Below, piece after piece: positions 38,832-48,841 of a stretch of DNA of 51,367 nt. Both the position numbers and the translations under genes were made by a program. Source of the stretch: Polaribacter sp. Its GTDB lineage: Bacteria; Verrucomicrobiota; Verrucomicrobiia; Opitutales; Coraliomargaritaceae. The stretch's first letter is position 1, and every line of letters begins with the position of its first letter. A model generated the notes under the pieces. The model made no database searches and was not told where the DNA came from. It worked only from the letters and a program-made list of their open reading frames with translations. The stretch is taken from assembly GCA_964226535.1 (NCBI GenBank), contig CAXQRK010000125.1, positions 1-51,367 of the forward strand. Reading direction: 5' to 3'.

Positions 38832-41399
38832 TTAGACGACGACAAGATTGACAATTTTTCGTGGTACGTATATTCCACGTTGAAGACGTTTCCCGTCTAG
38901 ATGGGGGCGAATTTTTGTGTGCATTTGGGCCGCGGCGATGGCCTCATCTGCAGAAATGTCGCTGGGGAGTTCGGCATCGCCACGGTATTTTCCATTCACT
39001 TGGAAAATAATTTTAACCGTATCCTGCTGTAGTTTGCGCGGATCAAATGTCGGCCAGCCAGCATCAACGATGCTGGTGGTATGCCCTAGAAAACGCCAGA
39101 GTTCTTCTGCGATATGGGGCGCGAGTGGTGCAAGTAATTGGAGAAAGGACTCGACGGCCGTCGCTGTCACTGTCTCAGCCTTGCAGAGTTGGTTCAGGCA
39201 AATCATCATTTGCGAGATCGCGGTATTGAAGCTGAGACTTTCATAGTCCTCCGTGATCTTTTTGATGGTGGCGTGCAGAATGCGCTCGGTAGTGGGATCT
39301 AGTGCTTCGCTTGCACGGATGTTCGCTTGGCGGGTACCATTTTCGGCCACGATCAAGCGCCATGTTTTGCGCAGAAAGCGCGCGATGCCTTCGATTCCCT
39401 GAGTATTCCACGGCTTCATCGCCTCAAGTGGCCCGAGAAACATTAGGTATAAGCGCAGAGCATCTGCACCATAATGCTCGATGATGCTTTCCGGACTAAT
39501 CACATTACCACGGCTTTTGGACATTTTTTCGCCATCTTCGCCCAATATAATGCCTTGGTGAAATAGTTTCTTGAACGGCTCTGGATTGCTCAGTATGCCA
39601 AGGTCGTACAGCACATGGTGCCAGAACCGGGCATAGAGCAGGTGCAGTACGGCATGTTCGGCACCGCCGATATACAGATCCGGGTAGCCCCAATACTCCT
39701 CCTTGGCGGCTGCGATTAGGGCGTGCGGATTGTTCGGATCGATGTAGCGCAGGTAATACCAGCAAGAGCCGGCCCACTGTGGCATGGTGTTGGTCTCGCG
39801 AAATGCCTGCACCCAACCTTTGATCGGCTCACTGGAGGTAGCTCCGGTTTGCGGGTCCAAATAGAGCTGTAGCCATTGATCCGCTTTGGACAGCGGACTT
39901 TGACCATCCGGCGACGGCGTGTAGCTATCGACTTCGGGAAGTACCAGTGGCAGTTCGCTTTCAGGCAACGCGAGTGCAAAGCATCGTTTACCGTTAAATT
40001 CAGCACTAACCGGGCGTTTGACCGATTTGAGTGAATCATCCACGCGTGCGTAATCCGCTTCGTCGACCCAAACGATTGGAAAGGGCTCACCCCAGTAGCG
40101 CTGGCGTGAGAACAGCCAGTCGCGCAGCTTGAAATGGACACTCGGTCCACCGCGCTGCTCGTCCACAAGTCGTTGAATGATTGCCTTTGTTGCGCATTCG
40201 GAGTCTTGACCACTGTAGTCCCCGGAGTGGATCAAATCACCCGGTCCAGTGTAGGCCTCAGCCAATGCGCCAGTCGCATCTGTTTTAGCGGTGCCGCTAT
40301 CGTCAATCACTTGAATGATTTCGAGTTCAAAGGCTTTGGCGAATGCAAAATCGCGGCTGTCGTGAGCTGGCACTGCCATGATCGCACCGGTGCCGTAAGT
40401 CATCAGTACATAGTCCGCAACCCAGATTGGAAGCTGCTTGCCATTCAGCGGATTAATTGCCATCGCACCGGTCCAAACCCCGCTCTTTTGTTTGTTCAAT
40501 TCAGCGCGTTCCAAATCGGATTTACGTTTCGCGGCTTCTGCATATGTCAACACCGCTTCGCGCTGTTTTTCGATGGTAATCTCTGCAAGCAGCGGATGTT
40601 CCGGTGAGATTACCATATAGGTGGCTCCAAACAGGGTGTCCGGACGAGTGGTGAAAACAGTCAGGTTCGCACCATGACCTACGATGTCGAAATGAATCTC
40701 AGCCCCTTCGCTACGACCTATCCAATTTTCTTGCAGCCGCTTGGTAGAATCCGGCCAATCGAGGTCTTTTAGCCCAGCAATCAGTTGATCCGCATACTCG
40801 GTAATGCGCAGCATCCATTGCCGGATCGGGCGGCGCTCCACCGGAAAATGACCCCGCTCCGAGCGAGGGCCTTCCGGTGTGTTGAGCACTTCCTCATTGG
40901 CCAGAACGGTGCCGAGTTCGGGGCAAAACCACACCGGCTTTTCATCCACATAGGCGAGGCCCTGTTTAAATAATTGTACAAAAATCCATTGCGTCCATTT
41001 GTAATAATCCGAATCAGTGGTATTGATTTCACGTGACCAATCATAGGTAAATCCCAGTCGGCGCAGCTGCTGTTTGAAATGTGCAATGTTTTGCGCAGTG
41101 CTTAGACGTGGATGGGTTCCGGTCTTGATTGCATATTGTTCCGTTGGTAGGCCGAACGCGTCCCAGCCCATTGGGTGCAATACATTGAACCCATTGGCCT
41201 GCTTGTAGCGTTTCAGGGCATCGCTCGCGGTATACCCTTCTGGATGGCCGATATGCAGGCCTGCACCGGATGGATACGGGAACATGTCGAGCACATAGAA
41301 GGTTGGTTTGGCGTCGAAATCTTGCGCTTGGTACGTGCCTTGTCGCTCCCAGAAATCCTGCCATTTCGGCTCAATTGCGGAAAAATCGTAGTGTGTCAT
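38832..41399 (-). CDS. leuS: Leucine--tRNA ligase
   Basis: MFPYPSGAGLHIGH, WLFSRQRYWGEP and KMSKS motifs. Confidence 0.98.
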   Translation of the reverse strand: MTHYDFSAIEPKWQDFWERQGTYQAQDFDAKPTFYVLDMFPYPSGAGLHIGHPEGYTASDALKRYKQANGFNVLHPMGWDAFGLPTEQYAIKTGTHPRLSTAQNIAHFKQQLRRLGFTYDWSREINTTDSDYYKWTQWIFVQLFKQGLAYVDEKPVWFCPELGTVLANEEVLNTPEGPRSERGHFPVERRPIRQWMLRITEYADQLIAGLKDLDWPDSTKRLQENWIGRSEGAEIHFDIVGHGANLTVFTTRPDTLFGATYMVISPEHPLLAEITIEKQREAVLTYAEAAKRKSDLERAELNKQKSGVWTGAMAINPLNGKQLPIWVADYVLMTYGTGAIMAVPAHDSRDFAFAKAFELEIIQVIDDSGTAKTDATGALAEAYTGPGDLIHSGDYSGQDSECATKAIIQRLVDEQRGGPSVHFKLRDWLFSRQRYWGEPFPIVWVDEADYARVDDSLKSVKRPVSAEFNGKRCFALALPESELPLVLPEVDSYTPSPDGQSPLSKADQWLQLYLDPQTGATSSEPIKGWVQAFRETNTMPQWAGSCWYYLRYIDPNNPHALIAAAKEEYWGYPDLYIGGAEHAVLHLLYARFWHHVLYDLGILSNPEPFKKLFHQGIILGEDGEKMSKSRGNVISPESIIEHYGADALRLYLMFLGPLEAMKPWNTQGIEGIARFLRKTWRLIVAENGTRQANIRASEALDPTTERILHATIKKITEDYESLSFNTAISQMMICLNQLCKAETVTATAVESFLQLLAPLAPHIAEELWRFLGHTTSIVDAGWPTFDPRKLQQDTVKIIFQVNGKYRGDAELPSDISADEAIAAAQMHTKIRPHLDGKRLQRGIYVPRKIVNLVVV

Positions 41400-41515
41400 C
41401 TGTGTCGCTATCTTTAAAATGGGTCGATCTAGACGATTCAGTTGCGCTGCGTCAATCGTGCAAATAATACTGCCAGCGCAGTTGTTTAATGGTTTCGAAT
41501 GGATTCGCTTGATAT

Positions 41516-42109
41516 TTGCAAGTGATGCCTCTATTGAAACTTGGATTATTTATGTCTTCGCGTGCGTTCACCATCACTTATTTCATTGCTCAAATCTGTA
41601 TCATGAGTTTGCTATGTTGTGCGACAGAAGCAAGTGTTGTAGAAGCGTATCGTGAGGAGGCATCCGACCTCACACAAAAACGCATTGAACAAAAGACATG
41701 GTCGGGCAAGCAGCAGTCAGATTTCATGCAACGCTCATTTCCTTTACAGCAGTGGGATTTATATTATTCATCACTGGGCACTCAAAAATCCTCGATTATG
41801 CTAGAGGAAACGACATCAAAAAAGCGTTTCGACTCTGAAATCATTACATTTCCAAGCAAACAAAGGACGCTCTCAAACTGGAACAACCGTCTGGCTGACC
41901 TCGAGCACCAGGCACAAATCCGTACGGACCGGACTGTCCAACAGATTGAAGAAAAGCGTATCTATCATATGATTTTACAACAATCGCTGCATTACTCAGA
42001 TACTGGAGAAACTCTTTCACTGCGTGAAATGAATCGTTTTCAGTTTCGTAAAAATCACTCGGATGCGGCGGTTCCTGTACAGAAAGCCGGCATCAGCGAT
42101 GACTCCTGA
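41516..42109 (+). CDS. Hypothetical exported protein
   Basis: Long ORF with hydrophobic N-terminus and C-terminal SLREMNRFQFRKNHS; start uncertain. Confidence 0.6.
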   Translation: MQVMPLLKLGLFMSSRAFTITYFIAQICIMSLLCCATEASVVEAYREEASDLTQKRIEQKTWSGKQQSDFMQRSFPLQQWDLYYSSLGTQKSSIMLEETTSKKRFDSEIITFPSKQRTLSNWNNRLADLEHQAQIRTDRTVQQIEEKRIYHMILQQSLHYSDTGETLSLREMNRFQFRKNHSDAAVPVQKAGISDDS

Positions 42110-42141
42110 GCCTATATATTCACTCTGAGTTTTTTTAATCT

Positions 42142-43752
42142 ATGTATAGTTATTTAATACGATTGACCCTGCTTGTAATGCTTGCTCTTGTAAGTATCAC
42201 AGCACCACATGTATTCGCAGGCAGTCCAATTAGCGGTGGTGGACAGCCACATGGCCACACGAGTATCTCATTTCCGATGCCATTGGAGGCGTACACAGCA
42301 CTCGAACAATCCCGCGCCGATGCACTTGGTGTCCCTCATCATGAACTGAGTGTGTTTGAGACTCTTAAGGTACGTGCGATGGCGGATCCGATCAATCTGA
42401 TCGCAACCTTACTGTTCTTTGCCGCGATTATTCATACCTTTGCCGCCGGGCCATTCATGAAGCTCGCACATCAATATGAGCACGCGCACGCGGCAAAAGC
42501 AAAAGCAGACAAGCGCTTGTTTGTGAATGGCAAGGCCCCGGTAAGCTTCAAAGCCACATTGTTTCATTTTCTTGGAGAGATTGAAGCGATTTTTGGTATC
42601 TGGCTGATTCCATTGCTGCTGTTTATCACATTTCGTTATGGATGGGAGTATACCACGCACTATATTGATACGCGCAATTATACCGAGCCAGTCTTTGTGG
42701 TTGTGATTATGTCGATTGCCGCCTCACGCCCAATCGTTGCATTTGCCGAACGCGCCCTTAGCCTAGTGGCCCGCATCGGCCATCAAAGCCCTGCAGCATG
42801 GTGGTTATCCATTTTGATTGTTGCACCCCTGTTGGGTTCCCTGATTACTGAGCCTGCGGCAATGACCATTGCCGCGCTATTGCTCGGACATCAATTCTAT
42901 TGCTACAAGCCCACTCCCATGTTTAAATATGCCACTTTGGGGCTGTTGTTTGTGAATATTTCAGTCGGCGGTACATTGACTCACTTTGCGGCCCCGCCGG
43001 TGCTAATGGTTGCGACAAAGTGGAATTGGGATACCGCGTTCATGCTGTCACATTTTGGGCTGCGGGCAGTTGTCGGCATCTTGCTTGCAACCACGGTTTA
43101 TTTCCTTGTTTTTCGAAAAAACTTTGCAGCTCTGAAACAACAAGCCGACGCAGCGGATGCCGAAGCAAAGACTCAAAAAGAGGAGCCGGCACCATTTTGG
43201 ATTATTACGGTTCATCTATTTTTTCTCGCATGGACGGTATTTACCCTGCACCACCCGACTTTTTTCATTGGAGGGTTTCTGGTATTTGTCGCATTCACCA
43301 TTGCGACCGACCATCATCAATATGCGATCGCTCTAAAGGGACCACTGCTGGTTGGATTTTTTCTGGCCGGCCTGGTAATTCATGGTGGATTGCAAGGGTG
43401 GTGGATTGCGCCGGTGTTGTCAGCCCTGGGCGAAGTCCAGCTATTTATCGGTGCCACCTTGCTAACGGCGTTTAATGATAATGCCGCGATTACCTTTTTG
43501 GCATCGCAGGTGCCAGCGTTTGATCCAGAATTGGCGCCGGATGCCGCACGTGCCTTAGCACTTCAATATGCAGTGGTTGCCGGAGCGGTGACTGGTGGCG
43601 GGTTGACCGTGATTGCCAATGCGCCCAACCCCGCCGGTCACAGCATCCTGAATAAACATTTTGAGGGCGGCATCTCACCGCTCAAACTGATGCTTGCGGC
43701 ACTATTCCCCACGATTGTCATGGCCTGCATGTTTCTCTTCCTGCCACATTAA
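42142..43752 (+). CDS. Putative Na+/H+ antiporter (DUF1504 family)
   Basis: HFLGEIEAIFGIW, GSLITEPAAMT, GGTLTHFAAPPV, DNAAIT and GGGLTVIANAPNPAG motifs. Confidence 0.88.
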   Translation: MYSYLIRLTLLVMLALVSITAPHVFAGSPISGGGQPHGHTSISFPMPLEAYTALEQSRADALGVPHHELSVFETLKVRAMADPINLIATLLFFAAIIHTFAAGPFMKLAHQYEHAHAAKAKADKRLFVNGKAPVSFKATLFHFLGEIEAIFGIWLIPLLLFITFRYGWEYTTHYIDTRNYTEPVFVVVIMSIAASRPIVAFAERALSLVARIGHQSPAAWWLSILIVAPLLGSLITEPAAMTIAALLLGHQFYCYKPTPMFKYATLGLLFVNISVGGTLTHFAAPPVLMVATKWNWDTAFMLSHFGLRAVVGILLATTVYFLVFRKNFAALKQQADAADAEAKTQKEEPAPFWIITVHLFFLAWTVFTLHHPTFFIGGFLVFVAFTIATDHHQYAIALKGPLLVGFFLAGLVIHGGLQGWWIAPVLSALGEVQLFIGATLLTAFNDNAAITFLASQVPAFDPELAPDAARALALQYAVVAGAVTGGGLTVIANAPNPAGHSILNKHFEGGISPLKLMLAALFPTIVMACMFLFLPH

Positions 43753-43873
43753 GTAGAAACGTTTCGACTTTCAGAGTACTGTAGTTGGTCAAGCGACAAT
43801 GAATTGTACTGGACGATTCAAGCACACATTACCGCAAGAGTGACATGAATCGATTTAATTGAATAACTTCAGT

Positions 43874-45457
43874 ATGAAATCCTTGCATAGTGGATATCCT
43901 GTTCTGACCTGTCAGCAGGCGGCTCAATTCGAAGCTTCCGTCTTGGTGGATGAGGCCGCGGCATGGAAGGCGATGCAAGCTGCAGGGGTCGGTCTGGCGA
44001 ATGCACTGTGTCTGGATTATCAGGAACTGCGTCCCTTGCCACAAGGCTTGAGGGTATTGGCTTTAATTGGTAAGGGACATAATGGTGGCGATGCCTTGAT
44101 TGCTTGCGGGCAGTTGCTGGCAAATTTTCCACGGGCACGAGTAAGCTTGATATTGGCGGCCGATCCCGAGGCACTCAAGCCTTTGACCGCACGTGCGTAC
44201 CGACAGTTGAAAGGTCGGGTGATTGAGCATGTGCTGGATGCGACGAGTGATCAGGCGATGATTCTGGGATTATTGGAAAATGCTGCAGATGATCGAATGT
44301 TCGATATCTGTATCGATGGCGTGTTGGGCATGTCGTTTCAGCCGCCGGTGCGCGAGCCGATGCGTGCGCTGATCGCAGCAGTGAATCAGTTCGATTCAAT
44401 CGGACTCCGTGCGGCGGTTGATTTACCCAGCGGTTTGGGCGATATTTCGGATACTTTGTGGTTTCGTGCTGATTTCACCTATGCAATAGGAGTGGCCAAA
44501 AAAGTCTTGCTGGAAGGACTCACCACAGCGGGTCGGTTACGTGTAATTGATGTGGGCTGGTTAAAATCGCCGTTTGCGGCAGACTTGAATGCAACCGAAC
44601 GAGTACTGGATGACCGCGTATTACAAGCGCTGCGAAAGTTGCGTCCGGCAATGGTCGACAAGCGCGCATTCGGACATTTGTTTGTGCTAGGTGGATCTGC
44701 ATACATGCCGGGTGCGTTGCTGATGGCGGTGCAAGCTGCAGTGCGTTCAGGAGTCGGGCTGGTCACTGCATTTGCGCCGGCCTCCGTTGCCGCGACACTT
44801 GCGGCTCAAGTGCCCGAAGCAATGTGGGTGCCATGGCCGGAGACGGTCAGTGGCACGCTGAATGCAAAGGCCTTGTCCTTATTGTTTGATCGGATTGGTC
44901 AGGCTACCACAGTGCTTATCGGACCCGGCATGGGACGGGATCGCAGCACTGAAATGCTGGCCCAGGAAGTGGTCAAGCAAGTCGAATTGCCGGTCATTCT
45001 GGATGCGGACGCCCTGCGTATGCGGGTGGTTGAGTTGGCGATCAAACGTAAGTCTTCAATGGGATCGATTTTGTTGACGCCACACATGGGTGAGTTTATG
45101 CGGATTGCCAAGCTCGATCGACCGGACCATTCAAATAAAACACTGATGAAGTTTTGTTCTACTTATCGTGTGATTACGATATTAAAAGGGGCGCATACTC
45201 GTATGTGTGATGGAACTACGGTCTGGTACAATGCTTGTGGTGGACCTGTACTTTCGCGTGGTGGCAGTGGTGACCTGCTGGCCGGTTTGATTGGCGGAAT
45301 ACTCGCACAGGAGCCTTCAAGTGCTGAACTAGCGGCGGCGCGTGCGGTGGTACTACATGGATTGGCCGCACAACGACTGGCGCAGGCACATGGCCAAATA
45401 ATGGTGCATACGACGCAGATCTTGGACCATTTGGCAGATGTGTTACGACTATCCTGA
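43874..45457 (+). CDS. nnr: Bifunctional NAD(P)H-hydrate epimerase/dehydratase (NnrE-NnrD)
   Basis: GKGHNGGD, AVDLPSG, IGPGMG, LDADAL, TPHMGEF and GGSGDLLAG motifs. Confidence 0.92.
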   Translation: MKSLHSGYPVLTCQQAAQFEASVLVDEAAAWKAMQAAGVGLANALCLDYQELRPLPQGLRVLALIGKGHNGGDALIACGQLLANFPRARVSLILAADPEALKPLTARAYRQLKGRVIEHVLDATSDQAMILGLLENAADDRMFDICIDGVLGMSFQPPVREPMRALIAAVNQFDSIGLRAAVDLPSGLGDISDTLWFRADFTYAIGVAKKVLLEGLTTAGRLRVIDVGWLKSPFAADLNATERVLDDRVLQALRKLRPAMVDKRAFGHLFVLGGSAYMPGALLMAVQAAVRSGVGLVTAFAPASVAATLAAQVPEAMWVPWPETVSGTLNAKALSLLFDRIGQATTVLIGPGMGRDRSTEMLAQEVVKQVELPVILDADALRMRVVELAIKRKSSMGSILLTPHMGEFMRIAKLDRPDHSNKTLMKFCSTYRVITILKGAHTRMCDGTTVWYNACGGPVLSRGGSGDLLAGLIGGILAQEPSSAELAAARAVVLHGLAAQRLAQAHGQIMVHTTQILDHLADVLRLS

Positions 45458-45534
45458 GTCGTGCTGCCTGCGCGTATAGCTCACAGGTTTAAATTATCAG
45501 CAATGCTCACCTACAAATACATCAGCCGAGTACA

Positions 45535-45608
<74 letters not shown>

Positions 45609-45769
45609 TTGTAGAGACGCGTGGATCAAGACAAAGTCGGCGTAGTAGATCAAGCAGAACTTTTAAAAAAATTATTTTTTAGGAACTTTCTGGGAAATAC
45701 GATCGGACAGTTTGAGCGTCTCAGTTTCTCTTTTTGACCCGAATCGGTTACCGTTTGTATTTGCCAAGC

Positions 45770-45952
45770 AGCTGGATCGAAGAGCCTAGGCGTTTCGATC
45801 GGGCTAGAGTTCCACCGGCTCAGCGCAGGTCCCAGACCAAGCCCGAGTGGGCCTGAGAGAGCATTGAAAGTGCCCGGGCCAATCGGCTTGAGTTTAGCTG
45901 GGCAAGCTTGGTGATTGGTTGCGACGGTATCGAAGCAATAAAGTACAGCCTT
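45770..45952 (+). ncRNA. Structured ~183-nt RNA, probable 6S RNA
   Basis: Long irregular hairpin (TTCGAT/ATCGAA, CACCGGCT/AGCTTGGTG, CCCAG/CTGGG, CAAGCC/GGCTTG, GCAT/GTGC). G.U pairs favour the + strand; TTGACC lies 36 nt upstream. Confidence 0.55.
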
Positions 45953-45981
45953 ACCAAGACTAAAGGCACTGATTCCAAAAC

Positions 45982-46057
<76 letters not shown>

Positions 46058-46111
46058 GCATTGTTTAAACGCGCAGGATGGAAGGCATTGCCGGGCCGCT
46101 TGTCAAGTGCA

Positions 46112-46170
46112 GGAACGATGTTTTTTATTGAACATCTTTTTCGGGAACAAATCTAAGCTTTAAACTATCT
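46112..46170 (+). promoter_or_regulatory. Two tandem putative ECF-sigma promoters
   Basis: GGAAC-N17-ATCT (46112-46137) and GGAAC-N18-ATCT (46144-46170) directly upstream of the ECF sigma gene. Confidence 0.35.
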
Positions 46171-46186
46171 TAACTTACACTACCTT

Positions 46187-46792
46187 ATGACGAGCACTAA
46201 AAGTGAATCAATGTGTCAAGACGATCTCTTGATCGAGCGAATAAAAAATGGTGATACCGCGGCGTATAATGATATGGTCACGCGGTACTGGGATCGTATT
46301 TTTGCACGCGTGCACCAATTGTTGAAAAATCAGCAGGACGCGGAGGAAGTCACCCAGGATGCATTTATTCGGGCGCAGCGTGGTCTAGCCAATTTTCGGG
46401 GTGATGCCTCTTTTTCGACCTGGTTGTATCAAATCGCCACGAATCTGGCGCACAATCGCTATTGGTATTGGTTTCGTCGCAAGCGCGATCACTCGGTATC
46501 ACTGGATCAGCCTCTATCGACTGATGGGGACCTGACACTTGAGAATGTGATGCCTGCCGGGGGCGAGACCCCGGCCGAATCTGTGCTTACACGTGAGTTT
46601 GTCGATCGTGTGACAGAATGTATGGATGGACTCAGCGAGAAGCACCGTGAGGTGCTGACCTTGCGTAACGTGCATAATCTGTCCTATGAAGCGATCTCAC
46701 AGGAGCTTAAGATCAGTGTTGGCACGGTCAAAAGCCGTATTGCACGTGCGCGTGAGCGCTTGCGTGAGTTGATGGGCAGTGATTTTTCATGA
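46187..46792 (+). CDS. ECF RNA polymerase sigma-70 factor
   Basis: DAEEVTQDAF, FRGDASFSTWLYQIA and SYEAISQELKISVGTVKSRIARAR. Confidence 0.95.
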   Translation: MTSTKSESMCQDDLLIERIKNGDTAAYNDMVTRYWDRIFARVHQLLKNQQDAEEVTQDAFIRAQRGLANFRGDASFSTWLYQIATNLAHNRYWYWFRRKRDHSVSLDQPLSTDGDLTLENVMPAGGETPAESVLTREFVDRVTECMDGLSEKHREVLTLRNVHNLSYEAISQELKISVGTVKSRIARARERLRELMGSDFS

Positions 46793-47463
46793 ACGAGGCA
46801 AAGTTCAGCGAACTGGTCAATTTGTATGTCGATCAAGAGATTTCTGCGCAAGAGTTGCAATGCTTGCAGCAGGAACTCACTTTGAGCCCTGCTCGCCAGC
46901 GCGAATTTGATGCGCGTTGTCGCTTGCATCGGGCGATGCGCCTCGCAATGGCTGCAGACGCTCGCACCACTGATAAGCAGTACGACTTATCCACGCAAAA
47001 AACAGCTCGGGCAAATCGTTTGATTGCGTGGATTGCTGGTTCGGGAGTGGCGGTTGGGCTCTCGTTTGCAGTCCTGCTACTAAGCTTAATGGTTTGGCAA
47101 TCGTTGCTTGAGCCGGACAATTCCTCCTATGTGGAGACTCCACTGCTTGGATCTGATTTGGAACGATTTGCCATGCATCAGGCAGTTGCAAGCTCGCGGC
47201 GTGGCAGTTTGGCTGCGCACCTGCGCTTGCTTGGCCTGAGTCCAGAGTTGGCACCGGCGGATGATCGACTCAGCGCGGTGGATCTGCAGGCGATGCGTCA
47301 GCGCGAGGCATATCGGCAAGTTGAGATTGAGCGGATGGATCGATATAAGGCGTATTCGGCGATGCCGGCTTCGAAGCTGTTTGACTATACAGAGCACTTG
47401 GTGCCGGTTCGACAGGAATCCCGTTGGTCAGCCGGATTTCAGAGTACGCTGGCCGGTTTCTGA
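46789..47463 (+). CDS. Putative membrane-bound anti-sigma factor
   Basis: ATGA overlap with the sigma gene; ELVNLYVDQEIS anti-sigma-like N-terminus followed by one TM. Confidence 0.75.
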   Translation: MNEAKFSELVNLYVDQEISAQELQCLQQELTLSPARQREFDARCRLHRAMRLAMAADARTTDKQYDLSTQKTARANRLIAWIAGSGVAVGLSFAVLLLSLMVWQSLLEPDNSSYVETPLLGSDLERFAMHQAVASSRRGSLAAHLRLLGLSPELAPADDRLSAVDLQAMRQREAYRQVEIERMDRYKAYSAMPASKLFDYTEHLVPVRQESRWSAGFQSTLAGF

Positions 47464-47488
47464 GTGTACCGGCTGAGAAATTCATGGC

Positions 47489-48085
47489 TTATGCAAGCGC
47501 TTGTTTGACCAGTGCTTCGACACTGGTATCGGATGGCAATTGTTTGCACGCTTTGCGCACCAGTTTGTCGGCATCTGCCGGTTTATAGCCGAGAATAATC
47601 AGACTGCTGACAGCATCCTGATAGGTACTGTGCGTCGCCGGACCGCCAGGTTCAACCTGCGCGGACCGCGCGCCGTCACCGGGCTCAAATTTGTCTTTGA
47701 GTTCAATGACCAGGCGCTCGGCAGTTTTTTTGCCAATCCCGGGACATTTCGACAGGAGCGCGATATCGGCACTGGCAATCGCATTGCGCAGCAATTCGAC
47801 GGACATCCGACTGAGAATGGTAATGCCGATTTTGGGTCCGATCCCAGATACTTTTTCGACTAATAGCCGAAAAAAATCGCGTTCATCCCTGCTGGCGAAG
47901 CCATACAGGGAGGCACTGTCTTCGCGGTAGACCGAATGAATGAAGAGACTGCATTGTTTGCCGACGGCGGGGACTTTCTCGGCGGTCGTGATCGGAATAT
48001 GCACCTCGTAGCCGACACCAGCGGCCTCAAGCACTACCAGCAGAGGAGCGCTTTCAACCACGATACCTGTTAAACGAACGATCAA
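47489..48085 (-). CDS. ruvA: Holliday junction branch migration protein RuvA
   Basis: GVGYEV, LYGF, VSGIGPK, PGIGKKTAERLVIELKDK and LGY motifs. Confidence 0.96.
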   Translation of the reverse strand: MIVRLTGIVVESAPLLVVLEAAGVGYEVHIPITTAEKVPAVGKQCSLFIHSVYREDSASLYGFASRDERDFFRLLVEKVSGIGPKIGITILSRMSVELLRNAIASADIALLSKCPGIGKKTAERLVIELKDKFEPGDGARSAQVEPGGPATHSTYQDAVSSLIILGYKPADADKLVRKACKQLPSDTSVEALVKQALA

Positions 48086-48097
48086 AACGGTATGAGC

Positions 48098-48835
48098 TTA
48101 ATCGACCAGGCCGAGGACCTCTTCCATGCGATACACCGCCGGCGCTTGGCCGACAACCCAGTGTGCTGCTCGAATGGCGCCCTGGGCGAAAATTTTACGG
48201 TCAGTGGCACGGTGGGTCAGTTCAATGCGTTCCCCTTCACCGCAGAAATAAACGGTGTGCTCGCCGACGATATCACCGCCGCGGATGGCGTGGCTGCCGA
48301 TTTCATTGCGCGGACGGGCGCCGATGAGGCCTTGGCGGCCGTGCACGACTTGCTCGCTGCTCAATTGGTAGGCCTTGCGCAAGATTTCAATCAGTCGTTC
48401 CGCGGTGCCGCTGGGTGCGTCTGTTTTATGGTGATGGTGCATTTCGAGTACTTCCGGCTCGTAGGCCGCGCCGAGTATCGTGGCGGCTTTACGAGTTAAG
48501 TAGTTCAAGGTGTTGACCCCTACCGAGTAGTTGCCTGCCCAGACCACCGGAATTTTCTCTTTGATGCAGGCGAGGATGCGTGCTTTTTCCTCGCTGGTAT
48601 GACCAGTGGTACCGATCACCAGCGGAATCTGTCGGTCGACTGCAAGCGCTGCAATGTCGGCTGTCACCTCATGGAAGCTGAAGTCAATGATCACATCGCA
48701 CTGCGCGATATCGGCGCGGGGATCATCGCCGACGTCGCAGGCTGAGCGAATCACCGCATCGTTTGCTGTGGCGACCTTGGCGATGGCGAGGCCCATGCGT
48801 CCGCGTGAGCCGTTGAGTAAGATATTTAAGGCCAT
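48098..48835 (-). CDS. dapB: 4-hydroxy-tetrahydrodipicolinate reductase
   Basis: GSRGRMG, IGTTG, EMHHHHKTDAPSGTA and RGGDIVGEH motifs. Confidence 0.97.
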   Translation of the reverse strand: MALNILLNGSRGRMGLAIAKVATANDAVIRSACDVGDDPRADIAQCDVIIDFSFHEVTADIAALAVDRQIPLVIGTTGHTSEEKARILACIKEKIPVVWAGNYSVGVNTLNYLTRKAATILGAAYEPEVLEMHHHHKTDAPSGTAERLIEILRKAYQLSSEQVVHGRQGLIGARPRNEIGSHAIRGGDIVGEHTVYFCGEGERIELTHRATDRKIFAQGAIRAAHWVVGQAPAVYRMEEVLGLVD

Positions 48836-48841
48836 GTTGAC

